45,227 bases of DNA from Bacteroidia bacterium (GTDB taxonomy: Bacteria > Bacteroidota > Bacteroidia > NS11-12g > UBA955), in contig DASWYG010000316.1 in NCBI GenBank assembly GCA_036405075.1, positions 1 through 45,227 on the forward strand, read 5' to 3'. The position numbers and the translations under genes are program-made. Each line of letters starts with the position of its first letter. Positions within the stretch are counted from its first letter, which is position 1. A model generated the notes under the pieces. That model was not told where the DNA came from and did not search any database. It was given only the letters and a program-made list of their open reading frames with translations. Shown here piece by piece: positions 16,485 through 25,627 of this stretch.

Positions 16485-18884
16485 ATGATAGATTTTGAAT
16501 CTGAACATCTGACGACAGAGCAAAAGCCTGCCAATATTCAAGAGAGTTTTTCAATTGAAAAATTAGTGCTGATACTAAAGAAATTTTGGTTCTGGATACC
16601 AATTTCTTTAACTGTTTCAATTGTCATCGGTCATTATTACCTAAAATATACACAGCCAATTTATTCAGCTGGTTCATTGATTCGTCTCGAAATTCAAAAA
16701 GAAGCCTCGAATCTTGGCATTGGTACTACGGTTCAAACCATGCAGTCGGATAATTTAGAAGGTGAAATAGAATTGATAAAATCAAGATTGGTAGCCGATG
16801 AGATATTGAATCAATTGGATTTGAGCACTTCTTATTATGCGGTTGGAAATATTTTAACTACTGAAATCTATAAGAACACACCCTTTAAGGTAGTGATATA
16901 CTCTGATCCCCGTAAAACAATATTCGATCAGGCATTTTTGGTTAATTTCGTCAATGAATATGAGTTTAAATTGTTCAGAGAAGGCGAGGACGAAAATTCT
17001 GCTAAAGTTCATAAAGTGGGTGATATCATTAACATCAATGACTTCAAATTCGCTTTGCAATGGACAAGTGGCAGTTCACTAAAAATCAATCAAAGAGAGT
17101 TTATATTTAAAATCAACAGCAGACAAACACTTATAAATTATTTGTTGAATCAATTGCTTGTTGAAGCTTCAAGTACAGAGGCAAGAACCATTACAATAGG
17201 TTTTACGGATCAGAACCAACAAAAGGCCAAAGACATTGTCAATGCTTATGATACGGTATACCTCAAAAAATCTATCGAGAAAAAGCAGAAATCACAAGAA
17301 CAAACACTCAAATTCATAGAGAGTCAAATTGAAAGTACCGCTAAAAAACTTGAAGAATACGAGAACAGTATAGAGGATTTTGTTAAGAGTTCAGGTTCAA
17401 ATTCCCCTAATGCAGAATACGGCCAGGTAACCCTTCAATTGATCGAATTGGAAAAGGAAAGGGTTAAGTTGAAGAAATCCATCGGTAAATTCGAAGAACT
17501 GTTAAACTTCATTCACAAAAACTCAAGTCAGGACAACATAGTGCCATTGGTTTTTGGATTAGAGAACATTCAAATGGCTGATGGTATCAATAAGCTCAAT
17601 GAGTTGTATAAGCAAAGAGAATTACTAAAGATATCAAGCAAAGAAACCACAGTTCCTTTTAAGAAAATAGAATTGGAAATTTCTTATTTGAAATCACAAA
17701 TATTGAATTATATCAATGATTCAAAAAAGTATACACAGGAACAATTTGCCGAGCTCAATTCTGAGATCAATACCCTAACAGGCAAATTTGCAGGATTGCC
17801 CAATAAAGAAACTGAATTGAATCGTTTGAAACGTTTCAACAATATCTATGAAAAATACTACCTCACTTTAATTGAAAAACAGATAGAGTATCAAATTTCA
17901 AAAGCGGGTACAGTGCCTGAATTTACAATACTTTCAGAAGCTTATAGCCCAGGTATTCCGATATATCCGAATACCAATAAAGTTTGGATTGTCTTCATTG
18001 TTTTGGGTGTTATTCCTATTGCACTTTTCATAGTGATCAAATATTTGTTGATGAATGTTATATACAGTCAACAACAATTGGAAAACAGATTGCTTGCTCC
18101 AATTCTTGGATCAATTCCATCGTACAAGAAAAAGCTTACTGCTTCAACCCTTGTAGTAGATAAGAATCCTAAATCGTCTATAAGTGAATCATTGAGGTCC
18201 ATACGAACCAATTCAGATTTCATGTTACCTAAAAAATCAAAGCAGATCATTGGTGTTACTTCAACGATCAGTGGAGAGGGTAAGACGTTCTTTGCCATCA
18301 ATTATGCGGCGATATTGGCATTAACAGGCAAAAAAGTAGTGATTTTGGATTTGGATATGCGCAAACCTAAAATTCACGTTGGTTTCAATGTCGATAACAG
18401 CATGGGCATGAGTTCCCTTCTTTCAGGAATGGCAGTTTGGAAAGATTGTGTGAAGCATTCTACATTGACCAATCTCGACTTTATTCCCGCCGGTCCAATT
18501 CCTCCAAATCCAAATGAGTTGTTGTTGAAAAAAGAGTTCGACGACCTCATAGATCAGTTGTTTTTAGAGTATGACATCATCATGGCAGATAATCCACCTA
18601 TTGGATTGGTTACAGATGCCAGCAATGTGTTCAAGAAATGCGATCTTTCCATTTACGTTGTAAGGTCAGGTTATTCAAAAGAAAACGTTATCAATAACAT
18701 CAACAATCTATATAAAAGTAAAAACTATACAAACCTGTCAGTGATCATCAATGATGTAAACAGAAGCAATACCTATGGCAATAAATATGGCTACGGTTAT
18801 GGCTATGGCTATGGTTACGGTTATTACGAAGATGATAAAGACGGGAAAAAGTGGTTCAGGAGTAGGAAAAAGAAAAACGATTGA
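16485..18884 (+). CDS. wzc: Polysaccharide co-polymerase / BY tyrosine autokinase (Wzc-like)
   Basis: Two TM segments flank a long coiled periplasmic domain. Walker A TSTISGEGKTFFAINYA, A' VVILDLDMRKP, B IIMADNPPIG. C-terminal Tyr cluster. Confidence 0.88.
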   Translation: MIDFESEHLTTEQKPANIQESFSIEKLVLILKKFWFWIPISLTVSIVIGHYYLKYTQPIYSAGSLIRLEIQKEASNLGIGTTVQTMQSDNLEGEIELIKSRLVADEILNQLDLSTSYYAVGNILTTEIYKNTPFKVVIYSDPRKTIFDQAFLVNFVNEYEFKLFREGEDENSAKVHKVGDIININDFKFALQWTSGSSLKINQREFIFKINSRQTLINYLLNQLLVEASSTEARTITIGFTDQNQQKAKDIVNAYDTVYLKKSIEKKQKSQEQTLKFIESQIESTAKKLEEYENSIEDFVKSSGSNSPNAEYGQVTLQLIELEKERVKLKKSIGKFEELLNFIHKNSSQDNIVPLVFGLENIQMADGINKLNELYKQRELLKISSKETTVPFKKIELEISYLKSQILNYINDSKKYTQEQFAELNSEINTLTGKFAGLPNKETELNRLKRFNNIYEKYYLTLIEKQIEYQISKAGTVPEFTILSEAYSPGIPIYPNTNKVWIVFIVLGVIPIALFIVIKYLLMNVIYSQQQLENRLLAPILGSIPSYKKKLTASTLVVDKNPKSSISESLRSIRTNSDFMLPKKSKQIIGVTSTISGEGKTFFAINYAAILALTGKKVVILDLDMRKPKIHVGFNVDNSMGMSSLLSGMAVWKDCVKHSTLTNLDFIPAGPIPPNPNELLLKKEFDDLIDQLFLEYDIIMADNPPIGLVTDASNVFKKCDLSIYVVRSGYSKENVINNINNLYKSKNYTNLSVIINDVNRSNTYGNKYGYGYGYGYGYGYYEDDKDGKKWFRSRKKKND
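18774..18827 (+). other. C-terminal tyrosine cluster of the BY-kinase (YGNKYGYGYGYGYGYGYY)
   Basis: Directly read codons tat ggc aat aaa tat ggc tac ggt tat ggc tat ggc tat ggt tac ggt tat tac. This is the autophosphorylation tail typical of BY-kinases. Confidence 0.8.
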
Positions 18885-19615
18885 TGGGAATATTCAGCAA
18901 TCTTTTTGGCAGTAAAAAGGCTTTTAATAATCCATTGAAATGGGACATGCACAATCACATTTTGTTTGGGATTGATGATGGGTCAAAATCTCTTGAATAC
19001 TCTTTGAGAATGGCCGAAATGTATATCTCAAAAGGGTATAAGAAAATCATTGCCACTCCTCATATCATGAGCGATTATTATCCCAATACACCTGAGATCA
19101 TCCGAGAAAGGTTGTCGATGCTTCAAATGGCCTTGAAAGAAGCCTCAATGGAGCTTGAAACAGGTTGTGCCGCCGAATATTACATGGACGAATATTTCCT
19201 CGATAAGGTGAGATCAGGTGATGAATTGCTCAGCTTTCACGGCAATCATGTATTGGTGGAGACATCTTTCATGAACAAACCTGTTTTCTTTGACCAATTG
19301 CTCTTTGAAATGAGAACCAAAGGATTTCAGCCTGTGTTGGCTCATCCTGAACGATATGTTTATTTTCATGGCAATTATCAGGCGATTGAACAATTGGTTC
19401 AAACCGGTGTGAAATTGCAAATCAATTTGCTTTCCCTTGTTGGTCACTATTCACCCAATGTCAAGAAATTGGCTCAATGGATGATCAAAGAAGGCCATTA
19501 TAATTTTCTAGGTACAGATGCACATACGGTAGATCATCTTGAGTTGCTTCAGGATGTGATGTCATCAAAACTTTTCGATTCAATTGATTTTACTCGCGTG
19601 GAAAACGCAAATTAA
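18884..19615 (+). CDS. PHP-family (CpsB/CapC/YwqE-type) protein-tyrosine phosphatase
   Basis: WDMHNHILFGIDDG, ATPHI, AHPERY and GTDAH metal-binding motifs. ATG 18884 shares one nt with the wzc TGA stop. Confidence 0.8.
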   Translation: MGIFSNLFGSKKAFNNPLKWDMHNHILFGIDDGSKSLEYSLRMAEMYISKGYKKIIATPHIMSDYYPNTPEIIRERLSMLQMALKEASMELETGCAAEYYMDEYFLDKVRSGDELLSFHGNHVLVETSFMNKPVFFDQLLFEMRTKGFQPVLAHPERYVYFHGNYQAIEQLVQTGVKLQINLLSLVGHYSPNVKKLAQWMIKEGHYNFLGTDAHTVDHLELLQDVMSSKLFDSIDFTRVENAN

Positions 19616-20910
19616 GCAAGCGATTCTAAATCCGTCTCTTTTTTAGAAACAGTCAGTAAGAAAATGAAGAATGCTATGGGAACCAATGGCATGAAAAATC
19701 TGCTTGTACCAATGGGTCCCGTCAAAGCCAGAATATAGAAGGGAATAAGTACTACAGTTAATTTGAACCACCAGGAATATTTAGATTTAAATAAAAATCG
19801 GATGGCAGTGATCAATCTGAAGGCATTGAATGCCATTAATACCATCAATACCAAACCAAGCGGATTTAAGAATATTCTTTTAGCCAATTCAAAAACCCCC
19901 TTTTTATTGGTTTCATAAAGCAAATTGTCTTTGTGTGGCAAATTAAAAAATTGAGTAAGATCAAACCTTCCCGGGTCTATCAGAGCAAAGGCAATACCCC
20001 GCAAGTGCAGAGTCATATATAGGCCAATGTGTTCTTTGATCTGTTTTGAACTTTGTTTAGCTATATAAGCTTGTTTGGCAGGGTATGAGCCGGTTAAGGT
20101 AGCCCTTGATTTTATTCCGTCGATAATGGAATCAGCTTTAACAGTGCCATATTTGTACATCAACATCACATAAGTGTTGTAATGCAACAAATTGATGTTG
20201 CTGATAGACGAATAATGCCTGTAACCTGTCCTTTTTTCATTGATAAAACCCACAGCAATAAAATATATGAGAGGCATTAAGGTTATGGCCATATATTGAA
20301 ATTTAAACCGTTTGAATTCGGTAATTAAATAAATGAGCGGGAATGCCATTACTGCGGCAACCATTACAGGCTTTATGGACATAGCTGCAATGATCAATAA
20401 TGACAAATAAATGAATTTTTTGAGATCGTTGTTCCGGAAAAGCATCAAATAGAGCATTGCCATGAAGCATGTCTGCAGCCATATTTCACTCATGATCAGG
20501 TTGGCATATACAAGCTGAGAGACCGAGAAGATCAAGAAAAAGACAGCATAGAGATAGTTGATCTTAAGTGATTTTTTTTCGGCCATTTTAAGGGCCAATC
20601 GAATGTTGAAAAGGCTTAATAGGTTTTGTGCCAAATACACCATCGCAAAAAACAAACCTTGATTGCCAAAGCTTAGGTATTTAAAGATCAAAAGTATCAG
20701 TGGGTATAAAAAGGGTCTTTTGGTCAACCAATCCGGGTTATAAGTGTAATTGAGATTCCAGGCATAAAGGGTACCATGGTTTTTTAGATTTTCGGCAGCA
20801 AATAAATACTCATCGCTGTCTTGAATCAAACTGTTGTGAAAGAAGACCTGCTTGCTAAAGAAAACAAGATGCAGAGCAATGAGAATCAACCAAAAGGTCT
20901 TTCTGTTCAT
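19612..20910 (-). CDS. Polytopic membrane protein, GT-C/GT39 (ArnT/PMT_2-like) glycosyltransferase candidate
   Basis: 432 aa with about 11 hydrophobic segments. Acidic motif IQDSDEYLF in the first loop, as in GT-C enzymes. No specific family could be confirmed by eye. Confidence 0.5.
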   Translation of the reverse strand: MNRKTFWLILIALHLVFFSKQVFFHNSLIQDSDEYLFAAENLKNHGTLYAWNLNYTYNPDWLTKRPFLYPLILLIFKYLSFGNQGLFFAMVYLAQNLLSLFNIRLALKMAEKKSLKINYLYAVFFLIFSVSQLVYANLIMSEIWLQTCFMAMLYLMLFRNNDLKKFIYLSLLIIAAMSIKPVMVAAVMAFPLIYLITEFKRFKFQYMAITLMPLIYFIAVGFINEKRTGYRHYSSISNINLLHYNTYVMLMYKYGTVKADSIIDGIKSRATLTGSYPAKQAYIAKQSSKQIKEHIGLYMTLHLRGIAFALIDPGRFDLTQFFNLPHKDNLLYETNKKGVFELAKRIFLNPLGLVLMVLMAFNAFRLITAIRFLFKSKYSWWFKLTVVLIPFYILALTGPIGTSRFFMPLVPIAFFIFLLTVSKKETDLESLA

Positions 20911-21031
20911 GTTTCAATGATACGCAAATGGAATTGTAAATACAAAGTGTCGAATGGATGCAATTTTAACAGGAAAACGAATGATGATTTACCATTGAGA
21001 CCAGTTGTAATAAAAGTGATAATATTGTAGT

Positions 21032-24000
21032 ATGACTAAAGGATCATTCGAGGAACTGTTGATGCAGTTGAACGAGAGGCAAAGAGACGCTGTAGAGCAC
21101 ATTGAAGGCCCTGTTATGGTAGTTGCCGGTCCGGGTACAGGTAAAACACAGATTCTGGCTGCTCGTATTGCCAATATTCTGCAAAAAACAGACACCAATC
21201 CCGGACAAATACTCTGTCTAACTTATACCGATGCCGGTGTTGTGGCAATGAGAGAAAGACTCATAAGATTTATTGGTCCGGCGGCTTACCGAGTCAATAT
21301 TCACACCTTTCATTCACTTTGCAATGAGATCATTCAATTTAATGGCAGTTATTTTGGCTATAGAAATCTACAGGCTGCTACAGATCTGGATGTGTTTTCT
21401 CTGATCAGGGAAATATTAGATGAGTTGCCGGATACTCATGTATTGAAGCGTTTGAAGGGCGATGTTTACTTTGATGCTTATGACTTAAAAAATTTATTTG
21501 ATACCATCAAAAAAGAGCATTTTGATCCTGAAACTATCAAATCCAGCGCTGATGCTTATTTCAAAGACAAAGAAGACAATGGCGATTTTACATACAAGGT
21601 CAATGGTAAAAATTATAAGAAAGGAGATGTAAAAGAGAAAGACTACAGAGAGGAAAAACTGCGAATAGACAAGTTAAAAGCAGCTATAGATCTGTTTGCT
21701 GTTTTCAACGAAAAAATGGCAGCGAAGAAACTGTATGATTTTTCGGATATGATCCTTTGGGTACTGAACGCCTTTAGAGACGACAAGGATTTTTTGTTGA
21801 ATTATCAGGAAAGGTACTTGTATTTTTTGGTTGATGAGTTTCAAGACACCAATGGTTCGCAATTGGATCTGATCAATTATTTAACAGAATACTGGGAGGT
21901 GCCCAATTTATTTGTTGTTGGCGATGACGACCAGTCCATCTACAGATTTCAAGGTGCCAATATTGGCAATATTCTCAATTTTGCAGACAGGTATCAAACA
22001 CATTTACATACCACAGTTTTAACCGATAACTATCGTTCATCTCAAAAAATTCTGGATGCTTCAAGGGCACTGATCTCCATCAATGAAGACAGGCTGAAAG
22101 AAATAGACAAACAACTGATTGCTTCAAATGCCTTGTATGCGGGCATAGATGCTGATCCTGAAATAGAAAATTATCTCAACCCCATTCATGAATCTGTTGC
22201 AATAGGCAAGGCCATATTGGAATTGAATCGATCAGGTGTACCATTCAATGAAATAGCAGTTTTATACCGCAATCACAAGCATGTTGAGGATTTGATCAAA
22301 TTTTTCAATGCCAATAATGTTCCTTACAATTCAAAGAAAAAAGTCAACATACTTGACGAATTATTGGTTCGCAAATTGATCACCATATTGTCGTACATAC
22401 AAGCTGAGATGACTCGTCCTTATTCAGGGGAACAATACATCTTTGAAGTTTTAAATTACGATTTTTATCACATCGATCCACTGGAATTGGCAAAATTGAG
22501 CATAGAGGTGAAGTCTAAAAGGCAGGGCAAATGGCGAGATCTTTTAAATGAAGAGATTGGTGGTCAACAAGATATTTTTAGCTCAGTACCCGGCCACAGT
22601 TCAAGAACAGAAATTAAACGATTGGCCAATGATCTCGAATATTGGATACGTCAGGCTGCCAATCTAACCGTACCCCAATTGGTAGAAAAACTCATAGCCA
22701 AAGGCGGTATACTTTCACATGTGATGCAAGCGGATGGTAAACGATGGCAAATGCAGATTTTGAGGACATTTTTTGATTTTGTTAAGGAAGAGGCATCCAG
22801 AAATCCGGAAATGACCTTGGGCAATTTCCTGGAAGCCATTGATACTTATAGAACATTCGAAATTCCTGTAGAAGCCATGCAGATCTTACACGCACCGGAT
22901 AGTGTCAATTTAATGACACTTCATGGCAGTAAAGGGCTAGAATTTGACCATGTGTTCATCATTCGTTCTATCGATTCAGAGTGGATCAAAAAGAAAGGCA
23001 ATTTGCGCGATTTTGGTTTAGCCAAAGTAATGACAGGAAACGCTTCAGAAGAATCGGATGTTGAAGAGGTTAGAAGATTGATGTATGTTGGCATGACAAG
23101 AGCCAGAAAGGGTTTACACATTTCTCATTTTAGAAAAGACCTCAATGGAAAAGACCTGAACAAATTGCAGTTCATTGCTGAGTTGGAATCCTTTGCAGGA
23201 TTGAAAGACCGAAGCGGAGCAATAAGTGATGAAGATGTTTTGGAATTCGAATCCGTGTATTATCAATTTGAAGAAGTGCCTGAATTTGAACTCTTGGATC
23301 ACGATTATTTAGACGTTTTGCTCGAGAATTACACATTATCTGCAACACATCTCAATACCTATTTGAAATGTCCGATTACATTCTATTTTAACCATGTTTT
23401 AAAAGTACCCAGCGCTAAAAGTGAAAGTGCCAGTTTTGGTACAGCCATTCACTATTCATTGGAAGAACTGTTCAGGACTTATCAAAACGCCAATGACAAG
23501 CAATTGCCAAGCATGGAGGAAATGATCAAATTCTTTGAGGTTTCCATGTATGCCAATCGCGACAGTTTTACCGAAAAAGGATATAAGCGCTATTTGGCAA
23601 ACGGAAGAATGGTTTTACCGAAGTACTATGACCAATACAAAGACGAGTGGCTCACAGACACAGTGTTTACGGTAGAAAAGAACATGACACATATTGAAGT
23701 GGGAGGAGTGCCAATAAAAGGGAAATTGGATAAAATTGTTTTCGACGGAAACAATGCTTATGTCATCGATTTCAAGACCGGTGATTTTGAGAAGGCATTG
23801 AAGAAATGTAAACCACCTAAACCCGAGCCAAAAGAGGGCAATTATGAAGAAACATTTGGCGGCGACTATTGGCGTCAAATGGTGTTTTATCATTTGTTGA
23901 TTGAGAATGACAGGAACAACAAATGGCAAATGAGCAGGGGAGAAATGAACTTTGTAGAGCCCGATAAACACGACAGGTTTCACAAAGAAGTATTTGTTGT

Positions 24001-24190
24001 AACACCTGATCAGGCTGAAATCGTGAAAGATCAGATCAAAGATTCTTATTTGAAAATAAAGGCACATCAATTTGAAAAAGGCTGTGGTGATGAACATTGC
24101 CATTGGTGCAATTTTGTGAAGTATTACCTCAAAAAGGAGATACATGTAACAGAAACCTTGCCCGGAAGTCAGGTTGAAGAAGCCGAATGA
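21032..24190 (+). CDS. UvrD/Rep-type SF1 helicase fused to a C-terminal Cas4/AddB-type PD-(D/E)XK nuclease
   Basis: Helicase motifs AGPGTGKT (I), LVDEFQDTN (II), VGDDDQSIYRFQGA (III), DNYRSS (IV), LHGSKGLEFDHVFI (V), VGMTRARKGL (VI). See the nuclease domain feature. Confidence 0.88.
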   Translation: MTKGSFEELLMQLNERQRDAVEHIEGPVMVVAGPGTGKTQILAARIANILQKTDTNPGQILCLTYTDAGVVAMRERLIRFIGPAAYRVNIHTFHSLCNEIIQFNGSYFGYRNLQAATDLDVFSLIREILDELPDTHVLKRLKGDVYFDAYDLKNLFDTIKKEHFDPETIKSSADAYFKDKEDNGDFTYKVNGKNYKKGDVKEKDYREEKLRIDKLKAAIDLFAVFNEKMAAKKLYDFSDMILWVLNAFRDDKDFLLNYQERYLYFLVDEFQDTNGSQLDLINYLTEYWEVPNLFVVGDDDQSIYRFQGANIGNILNFADRYQTHLHTTVLTDNYRSSQKILDASRALISINEDRLKEIDKQLIASNALYAGIDADPEIENYLNPIHESVAIGKAILELNRSGVPFNEIAVLYRNHKHVEDLIKFFNANNVPYNSKKKVNILDELLVRKLITILSYIQAEMTRPYSGEQYIFEVLNYDFYHIDPLELAKLSIEVKSKRQGKWRDLLNEEIGGQQDIFSSVPGHSSRTEIKRLANDLEYWIRQAANLTVPQLVEKLIAKGGILSHVMQADGKRWQMQILRTFFDFVKEEASRNPEMTLGNFLEAIDTYRTFEIPVEAMQILHAPDSVNLMTLHGSKGLEFDHVFIIRSIDSEWIKKKGNLRDFGLAKVMTGNASEESDVEEVRRLMYVGMTRARKGLHISHFRKDLNGKDLNKLQFIAELESFAGLKDRSGAISDEDVLEFESVYYQFEEVPEFELLDHDYLDVLLENYTLSATHLNTYLKCPITFYFNHVLKVPSAKSESASFGTAIHYSLEELFRTYQNANDKQLPSMEEMIKFFEVSMYANRDSFTEKGYKRYLANGRMVLPKYYDQYKDEWLTDTVFTVEKNMTHIEVGGVPIKGKLDKIVFDGNNAYVIDFKTGDFEKALKKCKPPKPEPKEGNYEETFGGDYWRQMVFYHLLIENDRNNKWQMSRGEMNFVEPDKHDRFHKEVFVVTPDQAEIVKDQIKDSYLKIKAHQFEKGCGDEHCHWCNFVKYYLKKEIHVTETLPGSQVEEAE
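23324..24136 (+). other. PD-(D/E)XK nuclease domain with four-cysteine (putative Fe-S) signature
   Basis: C780 in YLKCPITFYF; D900 (GKLDKIV); D913-x-K915 (VIDFKTG); QMVFY (QxxxY); C1018-x4-C1023-x2-C1026 (CGDEHCHWC). This arrangement matches Cas4/AddB-type nucleases. Confidence 0.7.
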
Positions 24191-24603
24191 AAACCTTAAA
24201 TTTGCCGCAAGTTATGATGACCGAGGAAATGCTGAAAAGCTATCTGAATACACTTCGATTGGATCTGAATTTTTTCAAAGAATCCATCAAGGAAGTTAGT
24301 CAGGATATTGTCAATGAAGGGTACAGCAAGTATCCTGTATTTATTGCCCATCAATCAGAAGTAAAATTGGGTGAGGTGATACTGGACAGAGAAGAATTGG
24401 GTACCAATTTTACCATTCAAGCCAGTACATTGGAGGAATTGATGGAACGACAAATAGTATTACCTAAAAACAAAGATAAATTCATCACAGCATACAAAGA
24501 TCCACAAAAATTCTGTTGTATATTTTTAGTTACTGAACACGGCGCTCAGTTTGTGTTTGTGCCTTATGAAGTGACTCAAGACCCTAATCCCACAGAGAAT
24601 TGA
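24187..24603 (+). CDS. Hypothetical acidic 138-aa protein, translationally coupled to the helicase-nuclease
   Basis: ATGA start/stop overlap with 21032..24190. No TM segment and no motif I recognise. Confidence 0.6.
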   Translation: MKTLNLPQVMMTEEMLKSYLNTLRLDLNFFKESIKEVSQDIVNEGYSKYPVFIAHQSEVKLGEVILDREELGTNFTIQASTLEELMERQIVLPKNKDKFITAYKDPQKFCCIFLVTEHGAQFVFVPYEVTQDPNPTEN

Positions 24604-24604
24604 T

Positions 24605-25624
24605 ATGGGACCAAAGGTAGCAGTTGTCATACTCAATTATAACACCAGAGAATTTCTAGAAAAGTTTCTGCCTTCCGTTGCAGCTACGCGTTATGAGCAT
24701 TTGGAAATTGTTGTTGCAGATAATGCTTCAACAGATGACTCAGTTCAGTTTACCCGAAACAATTATCCTCAGATCAAGATCATTGAACTGGATAAGAATT
24801 ACGGATTTACAGGCGGCTATAACCGCGCTTTAAAACTTGTTGAAGCAGATTATTATGTCTTGTTGAACAGTGATGTTGAAGTTGATGCAGATTGGATTCA
24901 ACCCATGGTGAATCTGGTTCGTTCAAACCCTAAAATAGCGGCTGTGCAGCCAAAATTGTTGGCTTATCATCAGAAAGACCGTTTTGAATATGCAGGAGCT
25001 GTTGGAGGATTTATGGACAAGTACGGTTTTCCATTCTGCAGAGGCCGTATATTCGATAGTTTGGAGCAGGACAAAGGTCAATATCAGGACAATCTTAAGG
25101 TTTTTTGGGCCACCGGAGCGGCATTGTTCATCAAAGCAGAGCTATATCACACGGTAGGGGGCCTGGATGAAGACTTCTTTGCTCACATGGAAGAAATAGA
25201 TCTCTGCTGGCGTTTGCAAAATGCCGGACACGAAGTTTGGGTATGTCCTGAAAGTAAAGTGTATCATGTTGGTGGAGGCACGCTTCAAAAATCAAATCCA
25301 AGGAAAACCTATTTCAATTTCAGAAATGGACTCATATTGTTATTGAAGAATTTACCACCCGGAAAATTGTTCAGCATCATTTGTATGCGATTGATATTTG
25401 ATCATGTTGCGGCTTACAGATTTCTGTTTCAAGGTAAATTCGGAGATTTTAAGGCAATTGCAGCCGCACATAGACATTTTATACTTAGATTTGGGTATTG
25501 GAAGTCAAAAAGAAAAATTGTTGATGGCAACAAGGCTTATTTTGAAAAAGAAGTTTTAAATGGCAGTGTTGTTTACAGGCATTTTGTAAAAAAGAAATTG
25601 ACCTTTCCTGAATTGTTCAAATAA
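24605..25624 (+). CDS. Family 2 glycosyltransferase
   Basis: VAVVILNYNTREFLEKFLPS, VVADNASTDDS, LLNSDVEV, and a GGLDEDFF (DxD-like) region. Confidence 0.85.
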   Translation: MGPKVAVVILNYNTREFLEKFLPSVAATRYEHLEIVVADNASTDDSVQFTRNNYPQIKIIELDKNYGFTGGYNRALKLVEADYYVLLNSDVEVDADWIQPMVNLVRSNPKIAAVQPKLLAYHQKDRFEYAGAVGGFMDKYGFPFCRGRIFDSLEQDKGQYQDNLKVFWATGAALFIKAELYHTVGGLDEDFFAHMEEIDLCWRLQNAGHEVWVCPESKVYHVGGGTLQKSNPRKTYFNFRNGLILLLKNLPPGKLFSIICMRLIFDHVAAYRFLFQGKFGDFKAIAAAHRHFILRFGYWKSKRKIVDGNKAYFEKEVLNGSVVYRHFVKKKLTFPELFK

Positions 25625-25627
25625 TAA

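Noticed and set aside
18786-18827. (GGY TAY)n stretch as a slippage-prone microsatellite or phase-variation site
   Set aside because: Codon usage varies between units (ggc/ggt, tac/tat), so the longest perfect tandem is only two units. The Tyr-rich tail is the normal functional feature of BY-kinases.
20570-20581. T8 (A8 on the coding strand) homopolymer inside the GT-C membrane protein gene as a phase-variation switch
   Set aside because: It encodes Lys-Lys in an AT-rich genome, the length is borderline for slippage, and similar A7-A8 runs occur elsewhere (for example near 28000 and 25630) without any special context.
23615-24145. 176-aa ORF antisense to the nuclease domain of the helicase gene
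   Set aside because: The translation is hydrophobic and aromatic with no recognisable motifs. The sense frame carries a complete and ordered nuclease motif set, so this is most likely a stop-codon-poor antisense frame.
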